From: Camelus dromedarius
Lineage: Eukaryota
Direction: 5' to 3'
DNA length: 64,000 bases
Assembly: GCF_036321535.1 (NCBI RefSeq)
Contig: NC_087442.1
Location: forward strand, 35,526,001 to 35,590,000
Part shown: piece by piece, positions 35,963-50,029 of the stretch
How the letters are laid out: each line of letters starts with the position of its first letter
Numbering within the stretch: the stretch's first letter is position 1
Translations under genes and position numbers: made by a program
The notes under the pieces: generated by a model
Seen by the model: the letters and a program-made list of their open reading frames with translations, nothing else
Databases searched by the model: none
What the model was told of the DNA's origin: nothing

Positions 35963-38782
35963 TGCCAGAACCCCTCAGGAGCACTGGCTAGAAGTGAGGA
36001 AACAGCCAAAATGAGCATGAAACTGAAAGGAATCAGCCAAACATCAAGGAAGGGGTAAAAGGAGACAGAGGACCAATGTTTAAGAGGTCGAGCCCTACAG
36101 CCAGGACCAGCAGGTAGATGTCTGATGCTGCTTTGGGAGCCTGTGCTCAGCCTCATCCAGCAGTTGTGACCTGTCCCTCTTTAACCACCTGCAGCTACAA
36201 ACTACCATCAGACAGGGATACTAGAAACAGCCATCTTGGTAAGCATGGATCATTCAAGAGAAAATTCTGTAGGTCAAACAGGGTGCTTTCATTTCTCCTC
36301 ACCTCTAAAGAAAAATATTATTTTGAAAATCTTGCATTGAGAAGAGCATGCCAACATGTGGAATATCACGCCTCCAACTGAGTCACTCAAAACATTTCAT
36401 AAACCCTCTCGCAGTGGTCGTATAAAGGAATCCTTTCTATTCAGTGCCCTAAAACTAGGGTTGGAACATGAGAGAAGAATCCAGTATCTTCCTACAGCCC
36501 TACGGTGTGTTCTGGACTTTGACCCAGGCTAGAGAGAACACCATGATTTAGAAATTGGAATCTCACAGCTTGTTTTGCAGGGATTACACACACTTCTAGA
36601 TCCCCTGAAGGATGAGTGTGTTGCTTATTGTGATCAAGGAATCAGTGGCAGAGTGTATGGGGCCTACCAGATTAACTGCTTTGCCCACGTTGATTTGTTA
36701 AGCAATTAGAATGGACACCATATAAAATCTTACACTCATTATGCCATGCTGGTAAATAGCCAGCTTTAATCTTCAAAGGTTGGCCGTTGTATTGTCTGCA
36801 GAGCATCCATGCATTTCTTATAATTCTTCTACTTCCAGAGGTGTGGTTTGCAAAGTAGACCTGACCAATAAAACCCACAACATGGAATTGATTCTCTTTA
36901 CTAAAAGTATTTATAGCACTGTACATTTACAAAGGATTTCGTTGTTCTTGCTGCAAGTTGTCAATGTCAGTGGGTCTGTTTAGGTGAGTGTGGCTATATC
37001 TTCGTCTTACCCTGGAAAGCTGAAGGTCGTAGTGCTGCAATTTACCCACACAACCCGTGACCAAAACAGTTAGAAGTCTGCTGACACCCAGCACAGTGAC
37101 TGGCTCGTTCTTTCTTTCACTGAGACAAAAGAACTACAGACAAGTAACCAAATTCCACTTAACTAATGATTACAGACATACAGGCTGAATGATTCAGACC
37201 AAGCCATTCCCTGGTCCTCATTGTGTATCACGACTAGTATTTTTAGCAAGCATTACTCACTAAATAGCATATGCACCGATATTTTCATTTGTCTGTAGTT
37301 ATGAAGGTTCGGGTGCACACATTAACCGACAAGCACTGTAGTATCTAAACGGGGCTGTAAGGGTAAAGCAGAGGACAAAAGGCCCGGGTTCGTTTCAAGT
37401 GACAGTGTGCTCAAAAAGACACAACATACACATAAAATGTTCTCGACAAGAATTATAAGGTTTCCCAGAAGAACAAACAAGACCAGAAAAGCAGATTAAA
37501 TATTTTCAAAGAAGTCGAGGCCCTGTTTAACTGCTGGAACTATATCATGCGACTACTTGGCTGATCTATTTTCCACAGATGTTGCAGCCTGAAAAATAAA
37601 CACTCCCCAGCCCGCCAACCAGCCATCTTTAGAAAACTGATGTCACCCCAAAGTCCTTGAGATTTTACCTGCCACCATTCAAGATGAAACGCAAAGTACT
37701 TCCCTTCACTGATACTTGTTACTCCTTTTCTCTGTCTATTTTGTAAACTATGTTTAGTTCAGAGGTGAAATTTGTAGCAAATTTACAAATGATAAAGGGG
37801 CTGAAGTTCATGTGAATACAAAGCCACAAAGAAAACTAAATTCTAGTCAACACCTTTTTTTTTTTAAGTTATATCTTGCTACAGAATAGTTTGTTTTGTT
37901 TTGTTTTTTTAAACACAAATATACTACATTTTTCATGAGGCTCCATTTCATAACAATTTTAGTGTTCTACTTCCCCCTGGTGGTAAAAATTAGAATTTCA
38001 CTATTTCTGAAATCTTAAAAGGTTGACAGTGAACAGCAAAGGCTTATTATACCCAGTATCAGGTTTAAATAGAAATTGACAGATTAAATCATTCATTGTT
38101 TCTGTATGTCATTCAAATTCAGATCTTCATGAAATACCTGATAGTTGGTAGAATTTGTTCTTTTCATCCAGATATATGGCATTATCTAGGTGCAGACAAA
38201 AACAGCTGATGGGAGGAGCCAGTCAATTTTTTTTCAAACAACATTCAGTTGTTAGTTTTTTAGAGTGCCTGAAAAGAGAAATTCAATACATCAGAATAGT
38301 GTGATCGTAATGGTTAAAAATAAAATCGCTAAGACTACCCAAAGAATTTGAGATGGGCTTCTCCCATTTATTTTGCAAATATCAAATATCATGATTGTTA
38401 ATGAATAACTATCACTAGGGGGACAAAAAACCCAGTTTAATAGAAATGTTATTATAAAATCTAAAATTTGCAGTGCTAGAGTTGACTTCTCAGTGGTGCC
38501 AGATTAATTGCCGCCATGGTAATACATTTCAGTTATCCAACAGAATGTACTTGGGTTGAATTTCTGGGGCTTTGAGCATGGTATCAAGACTACAACTTAA
38601 AAATATAAACCCTTGAAGGCACACATACACAAAAAAAGGACAGATGGCAATTTTCAACACCTAACTACATTTGCATCCATTATACGTCAAGTTCTCAACT
38701 CCTATAATGTGTCTGTGTGATAATCTCAGGAACTCTGATTATGTGGCCAAATGATACCATGCTAGACACATGTAGAGGGTCT

Positions 38783-39105
38783 CTTTTTTTTTTTTGAAGT
38801 AGAATCAGTTTACAATGTTGTATCAATTTCTGGTGTACAGCAAGCATAATGTTTCAGTCATCCATACACATACATATATTTGTTTTCATATTCTTTTTCA
38901 TTATAGGTTATTGCAAGATATTGAATATAGTTCCCTGTGCTTTACAGAAGAAACTTGTCTATCTATTTTATACATAGTAGTTAATATTTGCAAATCTTGA
39001 ACTCCCAATTTATCCCTTCTCCCCCTGGTAACCATAAGTTTGTTTTCTATGTCTGTGAGCCTGTTTCTGTTTTGTAAATAAGTTCATTTGAGTCTTTCTT
39101 TTTTT
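38783..39105 (-). mobile_element. 5'-truncated camelid-type L1 3' end
   Basis: Poly-T then 'gaagtagaatcagtttacaatgttgtatcaatttctggtgtacagc...atagttccctgtgctttacagaagaaacttg...ggtaaccataagtttgttttctatgtctgtgag'. Confidence 0.9.
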
Positions 39106-39297
39106 TCATACAGAAGTCTCATTAATGAGATGAACTGGTTCAACCTCAGTCCAAGCAAAGACTGGGAGAAACAACAATGGACTTGACTTACAAGGAATTC
39201 TAGTTTCCTCCTTCTCTGAGATTGTTAGAAAATGACATTTATTAAACATTTGTTCTATTCAGGATGCCGGCCTAATGAGATGCTGAGAAACCTTCTT

Positions 39298-39580
39298 GTC
39301 CTTCAAGGACCAGCTCAAATGCCAGAGTGTCTCTAAAGCTAGACAGAATTAGTTCTTCCTCTTCAGTGATAAGACAGTGATTTATTCCTACAGCTAGGAA
39401 TGCACTTCACACATTGTTTTACAACTATTGTGTGCCCATCTGTCTTCCTCACTAGGCTCTGAGCACTTTAAGGAGAGGAACCGCATCTTAATCACGTAGA
39501 ACCACTAACATCTAGCACAGTTCCTTGCACATAGTAGGTGCTCAATAAATGTTTGCTGAATGAATTGAATAATGAAGGTG
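39298..39580 (+). mobile_element. L2 3' end
   Basis: Ends with the L2 hallmark 'gcacatagtaggtgctcaataaatgtttgctgaatgaattgaat'. Confidence 0.85.
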
Positions 39581-41396
39581 GATGGTGTTATACAAAGGAG
39601 ATGAAAGTATAATCATTGCTCTCAACCAGTTTATGGCTTATCTGCACAGGCTCTCTAAGTGTATGTGGACTGCTTTGGTCTTTGTATGATTATAAAAAGT
39701 ATAAAAAATTGTGAACTTTCCTGGGGTTAAGGAGAGCTAAGAGAGGGTATTTTGTTAGCTAAACGTCATTCAAATCATTTTTTCCAGTGGCTCCTTCCAC
39801 TAACCCTTGCTGAAAGCACAGAACTTGCTTTGCAGACAAATGAAGCTGGGCCCCCTCTCTTGATCAGTGTCATGTCCCCCTCCACACAATAGCTGTATGG
39901 CCCCAGCTAAGGTTGCACATGGTCAGAATCAGGAAATGGCCAATAAGGTGCATTTTTTAAGGATATGAAGAAGACCCCCATTGTCCAGTAATATTTTCCC
40001 CACAAATATGTCAACTAAAACCCCACAAAAAGAATTTATTCCATTGTGTTATAAATTACCTACCTACTACTTTAAAATGCAGTTTCCCCTTGGGAGAGCA
40101 GCACACCCAGGTCCCAGCACCTTGGTGTGTGTTGGTGTTTATCAGACTACCTTCTGTCCGCTCTGGCAAGAACTGAGAAAGAGCACAAGGATTCTAGGTA
40201 CTTAATAAGGGATGTGAAGTGATGACAGGTGAGAATGAACATAAATGCTCTGACAGTGAAGCGAGGAAGCCCTGTCATTCCAGACCCCTGCATTCCTGGG
40301 GCTGCTCAGGGACCCATGAAGGTGGCCTTCCTATACATTTCCTGCCATTACCTATCCCCCCACCGTTTATCACTACTCTGCCTCCCCTTCAAAATGACAG
40401 CTAATTAATTTGAGAAAAAATCATTCCTGAGACTACTGTGAACTCTCAGAATATTCCTCCTTTCCAAGTAACATGTGCTAGCCTACATGATGTGGACAAG
40501 CTGTGATTAAACTAAATGCTATTCCCACCAAGAAGAGTTGCAAGTCCTCATCACACAGCCTTGGGGCAGAGTAGCCTGATTGTCCAGCAAGAGAGCAGCC
40601 AGCTAAAAGCACAGGGAAAGATGCAGAGAGGCAGCCCTGCTCCTCCATAAACTAGCAAAGCAGGCATCCAGCACAGTCCAGAAGACAGTGATAAGACACT
40701 GTACCCAGAAAATCAGCAGATGGTAATTCAGTCCTTAAAACTATGCTCTGGGCCAGAGCTTAAATACACACTAACAACTCTTTATGATCAGTAATATAGA
40801 TTTTAAAGCAAGAGGTAGACATCGTCTTTCAGACAGAGTGCCAAGAACAGCTTGGACTCACTGGAAAGGAGTCACCCTGGGCAGATCACCAGATTCAGAG
40901 CAAGAAGGATTTAGAAGCTAGTGGACTTCTGTTGTCATTATAGTTGTCTTTGTTATTATTGTTTGGCTGAACGAGACTCATTCCCTCTTTCTACTGTTAC
41001 CCTAATTCCCTTCAGAGGAATTACTCCCTCACCACTCTGAAGTCACAGTGCAACTGCACCTTCCCTTAATCAGGAATCTGACACCAAGTCATGGAACGGG
41101 ACCCTCTCTTCCTGGACTTTGAACACTGAGAAGAGTGATACAAAGATAGTTTAAAAAATAAAGTCTGGAGCACATGCATTCCAGGGGCAGACCCTGTAAA
41201 AGACGGTCCGATAGTTTCCACTGCCTGGAGACCTACCAGACTGCCTACCCAGACTGTTTTTGTTTCCACTCTGGGATTGTGCAGAAGCCATCACGTGTCA
41301 AAGCCTATATATTCTGTGATGAATCCCTCCAATAAATTCTCTTGTTCTCTCTTGCTCTCTCTTTCTCTTCAATACATTCTCTCTCTCCCTTCTCTT

Positions 41397-41399
<3 letters not shown>

Positions 41400-41428
<29 letters not shown>
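41400..41428. repeat. (TG)n microsatellite preceded by a CT-rich tract
   Basis: Directly seen. Confidence 0.9.
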
Positions 41429-41431
<3 letters not shown>

Positions 41432-42000
41432 GCAAGTCTTTATATATACTAAATAATAAATCTATATAAAATATAACTAAAGAATGAATCTAGGTATTAT
41501 TATACTTGAAAGCTATACCAGGTGTCTCACTTGACTGACTGAAGATACCTAGAGTAGGCAGAATCGGGCACACAATTCTGTTTAGAACTTATTTCTCTCT
41601 GGATATTAATTTTATCAACTTTTTTCCAGCCTCTCGTTCTGAATGACCTCTGTGTGAGCCAGGAGACGTGAAACAAGGATAAAATGTTGAGCATAATCCT
41701 TTTGACCTTGTCACATAAACCTACTGAATTGAGAATTCAATCTCAGTCTCTTGAAAGGGGGAAAGGTCTTTCTCAGGGGAAGTGAAAGAATCAATAAGTG
41801 GTACGAAATGCATAGTCTATCCAATCTCCAACCCCACCCCCAGTCCCAGGGAAGATTATCCTTGTGACTGGGACACTGGCTCAGGGTGGTTGGGGCTGGC
41901 AGCAGGTTCACATTAAAATGAGTCTTTTGGGCCCATCACTGAGCTGGGTCACTTCTCAGGCTGCCATGCAAGAGTTGAAGAGGCCGAGTTCAGTCTCGCA

Positions 42001-42336
42001 TGCTTTAGTTCAGGCTGCTTTAACAAAAGACCACAGACTGTTTGGCTCATAAACAATGTACTTCTCACAGTTCTGGTGGTTGGACGCCCCAGACCAGGGC
42101 GCCAGGATGGACAGGTTCTAGGGAGAGCCTCCTTCCAGGTTGCAGACTGCCAACTACTCGTCAAATGCTCACATGACTGAAAGAGAGCAAGACCCTCTTG
42201 CATGAGGACACTCGCCGTGTTCACGAGGGCCCATGGCCTCATTACCTCCCGCAGGCCCTACCTCCTTATGTCACCACACTGAGGGTTAGGATTTCGACAC
42301 ATGCATTTGGGGCACACAAATATTCAGTCCATTGCA
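42001..42336 (-). mobile_element. MaLR LTR (MLT1A-like)
   Basis: Minus start TGCAATGGACTGAATATTTGTGTGCCCCAA; plus 'ggctgctttaacaaaagaccacagactg...ttctcacagttctgg'. Confidence 0.85.
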
Positions 42337-42439
42337 CTGAATGGCAGAAATGTCCCAAACAGCAGTGCCAGGGTGGAGCTCTGACTTGGTTTTCTGGTCC
42401 CTCTGCTCCATCCTCAAAGAGCAAGGTTCATTTCCATGG

Positions 42440-42932
42440 ACCTGTTAAGACCCACTCAGAGAAACAAGGGCTTATTAATTATAAGCAAAAATTAATTTAT
42501 TCACAGTTCTTGAGACCAGAAGTTCAAGATAAAGGCGCCTTCAGGATTGGTTTCTGGTGAAGCCTGTCTTCCTGGCTTTGGGCGGCACAATTCAGTCCCT
42601 CACAGGCGGACACGATAAAGAACCACAGGTTGGGAGGCTTAAAAAATAGAAATTTATTTCCCCGCAATTCAGACTGGTTTTTTCTTATTTGGCTTATAGA
42701 TGACCATCTTCTCTCTGTGACTTCAGATGGTCCTCCTTCTGTACCTGTTTGGGTCCAAATTTCCTCTTATAAAAAGGACACCAACCATATTGGATTAAGG
42801 CCCATCCTCACGACCTCATCTTAACTTAATCACCTTTAAAGATTCTACCTCCAAATATAGTCACTGTCTGAGGTACAAGGGGTTAGGACATCAACATACA
42901 AATTTTAGTGGGGTACAATGCAGCCCATAACA
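42440..42932 (-). mobile_element. MaLR LTR pieces (MLT1B-like, plus a deleted MLT1 fragment at 42440-42603)
   Basis: Minus start TGTTATGGGCTGCATTGTACCCC...GTACCTCAGACAGTGACTATATTTGGAGG; a second terminal motif 'acaattcagtccctcaca' at ~42590. Confidence 0.8.
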
Positions 42933-43804
42933 GTAAAATAATAAGTCAAGAAACTGGGCAGATGATAAGAATAGGAAAGACGGTGAGAGAATAAGGAATG
43001 ATACTCTTACCAAGGCTGGGTTACAACTCTGACTCTAAGGCTCACAGGTGCCAATGCAGGGAGGGGAAATCAATCAGTTACAAGACATTCACTCTGCTTT
43101 GCACATGGATTAAATAATGCTCTTCCAGAGGCACTGAGCTTTTGCTGTCTAATAAAAAGTCACAACTCTAATGGTGGGAGACTCAACACAGGGAGGAAAG
43201 CAGATTAGCACTGTGGCAGCCCAGTGAGAAATGCATTCTTCCACAGTCACAATTTTATTGATTCCTTCAAAACACTCACAGGGGCATCTGGACTTTGAGA
43301 TTCTGGGCAGACAAAGAGTGCCTCCATAGACACCGGTGTTTCATGAATAATGTATATTCTTACGTATGCTTGCATGCAGTACATTTCAAAAATTATATTA
43401 CTGCAGCTATTTTAAACAGCCTCCTCAAATGAACTAGTCTTAATTTCTCAACTAAGTGACAAAAGTTATGAGGGATCCTTAGATCTTTATCAGCTCTTCA
43501 TGGTCTCCAGCATGTCCATGTCTCTCAGAGACCAAAGCAGCTCAATGGGCCAAAGATGAGAAAGGTCCAGGTGCTGGAGCCACAAAATTTAACCACTGAC
43601 CCTGTGCCCCATGGACCACTTAGATCACCTTTAGAGGAGAACTGGATGTTTGGGAGTGAGGAGGCAGGAAGGCATACAGGAGGCCGAAAGGTATAGGCTG
43701 GCCGTGTATCATCAGCCCTTCCAGTCCCATTCAGAGATAAACTCTTGAAGGGAGTTGTGGGGTAAGCCTCCTTTTCTGCCCACAGTCAGAAGTCCTGTGT
43801 AGGG

Positions 43805-44030
43805 CTAAAGGGTTGTGAACTTGGGAGACTGTCTTCCCGGGTTTGAATCTCAGAATCATCATTTCTTAAATTTATGACTTTAGGAAGTTCCATTAAGCTC
43901 TGCACCCTGGTTTCCCCATCTGCTGAGGAGGAGAACAACTGCACATATTTGGGGTTATGAGGATTTAGTTACACTTGTAAAGGGCTTACAACAGTGCCTG
44001 GCACTTGTTAGATGTTATTGTTATTAAATA
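43805..44030 (+). mobile_element. MIR SINE
   Basis: 'gggtttgaatctcag...ggtttccccatctg...gttatgaggatttag...gggcttacaacagtgcctggcac'. Confidence 0.8.
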
Positions 44031-46349
44031 GTTCCTTAAGCTCTGAAAGCTATAGGCTGGCATAATCAAGTTTCTGTTAAACTGTTTGACTTAGAACTGA
44101 TAGAGTCAGAACAGTTTCAGCCACATGTGCCTATTTACACGACCCCAAATGTACTCTATATTGTGAACAGGGTTCGTTCCTTCAGCAACGTAAGAAGACT
44201 CTCATTCTTTTAGTAGAGAAGGATAAGAGTCCCTTTGTCAATGCTTCATAATGAGACACCTTTGCATTTAAAACCCCAAGAGGGAGCCCTCACCTTATGG
44301 ACCTGTTGTAATACTTTGCAATTCTGATAGGATTTGCTCTCTGCTTTGAATCCATGTCCAGGCTTTACACAGTTTTTCTCCAACTGGGTATCTTTATTTA
44401 AGATTATTTTCCCCAGATGTGTTTGTGCTCACTTTTTCCAATTGAATCCTGTATTTTAAAATTTCTTTTCTTTTCTTTTCTTTTTTTCCTCAAATCTCTG
44501 AGCTCCCTTAAGTCTTTATAAGCTCTCAGTCTGCAGTGCTCTCAGCACCATCATTTGGTGCTAAATTATAAGCCTCAATGGAACATCTTCTCCTTGTCAG
44601 ATCATTAATGATGCTTTTAAATTGACATCAAAGGCTTTTCTCCATCTTTTTCTTGCATCCCACATGCTTTTCTCTGGAAAATGTCACTGGCTGACTTGGT
44701 TTTCTCCCTTTGTTGCCTCTCATTCATTCTCTCTCATTCTCCCCTTCTCTTTGTCCTTTTAAAAATGAAGGGAAACTTTGTTACCCAAATAGGCTGTTAT
44801 CCCAAGGCTTGTCTCTTAGTATACTCAGTGCATATACATAATTAGTGTAGAACATATTTGAATGGGATCATTTGTTTTATAAATTACAGCCACAGGCTCA
44901 TCCATTTTTGTATACGTTCTCTTCTTTTTCCCTACTACTGAAGGTAATCGGATTTACGCTGCTGCTGATGTCGACTCCCTATGGTTCTTGAGATGTATGA
45001 CATCTGTTATTTTACAGTACTTAGCTCATGTGCACTGGCAGCCAGGCACCTACTGGAAATAACAATTAAGGGCATAAATAACACACATCTGCATGAGTTC
45101 TGGCACTGGCTCAGGTATTAACTCTGCTTACCACCTTCCGGAGTTTTTTCTCTTCTGCATTGTGACAACCATTTGATTTTGAAGAGTTTAGCTTTCCTCC
45201 CTGTGGGGATTTTGGTATATATTTTAGGTAATTGTCTGGTTTTGTGGGTTGGGATGTGTGTGTTTTGTGTGCTCTCTGATAATTGAACATTCAGGAAAGA
45301 GAGATACTCCCCATAGTATTCTGTTATTGCAGTGCGAGCCTTCCCACCTGAATAGTTTATACAACAACATCAAGCATGACTCACTGGTAATCCCTGCTGA
45401 TATAAAATTCATACGCCTGTGTGCTTTCTTCTGAAGGCAGCAATTTGCATTTCTGTAGATGTTTGAAAGAATAGGAGAGGGTTATTATCAGTTATTATTT
45501 GCTGACTACCCACAGCACTCACAATGGGGTACAAGAGACAGAAAGGGAAAAGGTCAGCTCTTTAAAATGTATGTGTAACTAGCTCAGAGCCGATGGGTGC
45601 ATCTTGGTGGCACTTTAATTAGCAGTTTCCAGGGTCAGAGGACTCTAAACATCTTCCTACCATCTACTTCGAGCCCATGGAAACTGTCACTTCACAGAGT
45701 CATGAGATGAGAGGGCTGGCAGGGAACAGCTGTGAATTCTCTCTGCTTCACCCCTAAGCAAGGTGGCTAGTGCCGCCTCACTCCTACTTTGCAGAGCTTG
45801 GGGCTGGGATGCTCCATGGATGCCACGGGCACCTGCTGGGGGCCACACAAAAGCTTGAAATGTTTATTTCCCCTCAAAAACAGAAACCAGGAATGAAGAA
45901 GGAAGGAATCGTTTGAGCTCAGTAGTTGAAGCAATGGTGCCTCAGTGGATGGCACTGTATTGGCAGGACATGCCAGATCCACTGAGACAGATGGTGCTGG
46001 AGCAGAACTCTGAGCAAGGAGCTACTCTGATGGTTAAGTCTAACTGGAATCCTAAACTCTGCTTCCTAAACTCGCCATCAGAAAGAGAATGATGAAGAGG
46101 TTTTTTTTTTCTCCCCCAAACAAAAGCGCAGCTTGTAACACTAACAGTACTCTTCCTTAGAACATTCTAATTTTCTTCCTAAAAGCCTTTCAAATATTTC
46201 TAAATGACAGAGCATGAGGTCACAGAGCTTCTGTTTGTTAATTTTTGGAGGATGACAGATGAATGGGAAGGTTGAAATATGTCATATATAAACTATGCTT
46301 TCTAAACTATATGCAGGATTCTAGCATCAGAGATGAAGGCAAAGCTTTA

Positions 46350-46765
46350 AACCTGAAATGTGTCGCAACATGATAATACTGAAACAGGAAATCTAGATAG
46401 GCAAATGTCCAATGATGGGGAAATGGCTTAGCTATGGTTATCTATAAGGTGGACTTATTAGACAATTACAGAATTATACTTTCAAGTCATCTGAATGATC
46501 TGTGGATATACTCACTATATAATAATAAGTGAAAGAAGCATAACATAAAACTGTACCTACAGTATGATTTTATTTAAAAGTATGTATGTACAGATGTCCA
46601 TACACACACACACACACACAGGAAGGAAACACATGAAATTGTCGATAACACTGTTATATCCAAATGAGAGCATTATGGATGATTTTTATTTTCTTCTGGA
46701 GTTTTTTCAATCTTTACATGACTAATGTATTTTACTATTAAAATAAGAAAATAAATATTTTCAAA
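46350..46765 (+). mobile_element. Old L1 (L1ME-like) 3' end with an embedded (CA)n
   Basis: 'caaatgtccaatgatggggaaatgg...ataagtgaaagaagca...acagtatgattttattt...attatggatgatttttattttcttc'. Confidence 0.7.
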
Positions 46766-46951
46766 TACCTAGCCTGCTCTGAAGAGATAACTCAACTCAT
46801 CAGCAGGACAAATGTTCACTTACGTGCTAGAAATTTAAGAAGATTTGTAAAAGTCCATCTTATCCAAAATTCTCTTGCTCCAGTATCCTGCAGATACCCC
46901 AAATTCCTATAATTAGAAATTTATTCAACAATATACCTTGAGCAAATAGCG

Positions 46952-46972
46952 CGTGTGTGTGTGTGTGTGTGT
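46952..46972. repeat. (GT)n microsatellite
   Basis: Directly seen. Confidence 0.9.
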
Positions 46973-49900
46973 ATGAACCTATTTCTTTTTGTTTTTTAAA
47001 CAAAGTATGTGTTGGGAATGGACCCAAAACAATTTGTTCACAATTGTTAGGTTCTTTTTGATAGAGAACTATAGGCTGTAAAGGTTAGAAGTAGGCGATA
47101 GCAATGGACTCTTCTCCCATGACAGCCCCACCAGGGGTTATCTGGTACTAGGAAAGCAGGTCTCACCATGAACTTGTGATCAGGAGACAGAGACTTATCA
47201 GCAGGCAGGCACAAACGCAGATACGCTCACTTCTCTTAGCTCAAAGAAGTGCCCACAGGACAGAATAAAATCTTCAACCTAGTGTGCCAGTCAAATGGCA
47301 TAGGACTACACTTTAGATTCTCATTCCCTATTCATCCAAGGTAGAAATGCTAATAGAATATTTCTAATCAATTCACACATTCGAACACGAATAATTTTAC
47401 TAAGGAAATATTATTTCTAATAACAACTACACTAAAAAATAAATAACTAGAGAGCTCGTTCCTCCTGAGTGGGGCCTTCTGATTAGTCTTTCAATGGTAA
47501 CTGACCGTTCCTTGAATGTTCACCTTAATTAGGGTACGTGAAAGATTAACTAATCAGCCCTAGGGTACTGACTGAAGTTTAAACAAACACGTACTTAACT
47601 AATTTATAATAATTTATAGATGGTATAATAATATGCATTTACCCCAAAAAAGCCCTAAAAAAATAATCAGCAAATTATTATTGGTGGCATTCTCCAACAA
47701 GAATGGAATTTAGAAAAGAGGACATTTTTCTTGATACTCTTCTGCATTATCTGAAGTTTACAAAAGCAAATATTACTTTTATAACATATATTAAAACTAA
47801 TAAAAATTTTTAAAGGTGGATTAAATGATAATGGAGATTTATTCATCCGAATTAAAGATTTACCTCTGCTCACCTTTAAATGTGCACAGCAGTGTGCTGG
47901 GAGTTTGCGAAAGCACGGGATGAACAGGCATGTACAGAGTGTATTCTGCTGGGAATTCCAGATGGGCTGGAGCATTAAGAAACCTAAACAGCAAGTAATT
48001 TAAAATAGATCTTTTAAGCAGTTTCCCTTTGGCCTTTCTTCCGTCAACTTTACACCCCTGTCTCCCACCCTACAGCCCTCAGCCCCATTAGAAAAACTCA
48101 TTCACTTTTTTCATATCATTAGAGGATTTCAGTTGGAACATTGGAGAAATCATACCCTCTGTTATTATCATCCATTAATACTTGTCGTGAATTAGTTTAT
48201 CAGATTAACATGATCAAACAGTTACCCGCAAGGGCCAAAGAATAACAGAGAAAAGGATGTAACCGGTGGCAGTTGGTGGTTGTGGATGCTGAGGAGGAAA
48301 TGGGTGGAGAGAAATAGTTTGGAATTAAAAAGATAAGTGATACCCGGGGACCCTGAACCCTGGGGCAGCCAAGCCAATAGCCCTCTAGGGACCAGAGCTC
48401 TGAAAAGTGCGCCCTGGGGGCTGAATTGGAGGAGTGAAGCAGAGAGGTGGGGAGCATTAGCACCAAGTAATTTTGTATGACACTTTATTCCCATCACCCA
48501 CCCCAGGAAAAATAGATATCAATTCAGCAGCAATGCCAGTCATAAGATTTGCTGCGGAAGATATACGTCTGTCAGCTTATTTGCATCAAGCAAACAAGCT
48601 GAAACTACAATCTGTGTCCACGAGAAATGGAAATTTAGAAGACATTTGCTTTATCCTGCCTTTTGCTTATGTAGGCATCATGCAGACACAAAAGACACCA
48701 CCAGAATTTGCTTAGACAACACTAAACACGGGGTACGAGTGAGAAGGAAGGGAGAAAATCACTATGAAACACTGCCACTTCCGTGGCAGTCCCGGAACCA
48801 TCATTCTGCATTGTGAATGCTTGCTGCTGTCTGCGAGGAGCAGGAGCCTTTCCTGATCAAAGGCCTTGGCAGGAGGCTTCATTTGTCAGGGAAGAAAAAT
48901 GCATAATTCAAAATGAAAGTCTCCTGGCCCTGATAACGTGAAACAAATGAAGCAAAACTTCATCCTTTGGCTCAACATCAGGGAACCACTCCTGCCCCTC
49001 CAGATATGGAAGGTTTCCCCCATCCCCTATTTCTCACTTACTATTAGACCCTATAAACATAGTAAAAGAAGAGAGTTAGAGGAGGTTGGGAGCATTATCA
49101 GGCTAATAAAATTTAACTGCTCTTTTTTGTATTTGACTTCAGTTGTCTTGGGAAAGCAGTACGTGTGTCTGTCTCACCCACTCCTAATCTCTCTCTCCCT
49201 GTCACTGCAGAAGGATAGCTTTAATCCTCCGCCCCTGTGTCTGAAAAACTGCAAACTGCTCCAGAATGCCTCCTTCCTTCTCTCTCCTGACAACCCCCTT
49301 TCCCCTTCCATTTCTTCTGTACTACAACTTATTTTCCCAACCTCCCTCCCCATAAACCCAAAGTTTAACTCAGGCAGCTGGTGCATGATAATGAGTCATC
49401 CATTCATCCATCTTTTTGACAAATATTTATTTACAGCCTGTTATGGATGAGATGTTTGAGGAGGGAGAAAAGGCACTCTCCTGTGCCCCCTTCTGCAGTT
49501 TATATTCCTGAGAGATTCTGAAAACTCTGTCCCTAAAGTGACTGTAAACAGTTTGCAGCTGTTATCTGTGTAGATCTATAAAGAGAAGGTATTACATAAA
49601 AATTACAAATCTGTTCTAATAACGCTCAGTGATTCCTGGCTGAATGCTACCCTCCTCCAGCAAAGTCAACTGAACCAGCAGAGCAAATACAATCTGGTGG
49701 CCATGGCAACATACATTCCTGCTTTGAACTTGTCAATCCACCACAAGGAAATCACATTAATGGGATGTTTTTCTGCTACAAACAGTTTTTGTTTCACATT
49801 TTAATTACAGGGATAGATTTTTCTTGATGTCTAAATTCTTCAAAGACCTGGGCAAAAAGGAAAAAATTTAAAATAATAGTAGTAATAATAATGTTGTTTC

Positions 49901-50029
49901 AAAAATGTTTTTGAAATTCCAAGCAGCCTTTTAGCTGAGGAAGGCAAGGTAGAGGAAAAGAAACCATCTATCTGTCCCTGTTTTTTCCCTGCCACATGAC
50001 TGTGAAAAGTCAAAGGCTTAGGCAGATAC

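Noticed and set aside
48938-49450. Longest N-free ORF in the track (170 aa)
   Set aside because: Starts at GTG, has no recognisable domain or splice-site framing, is Leu/Ser/Pro-rich from a pyrimidine tract, and ends in an L2 tail; a chance ORF
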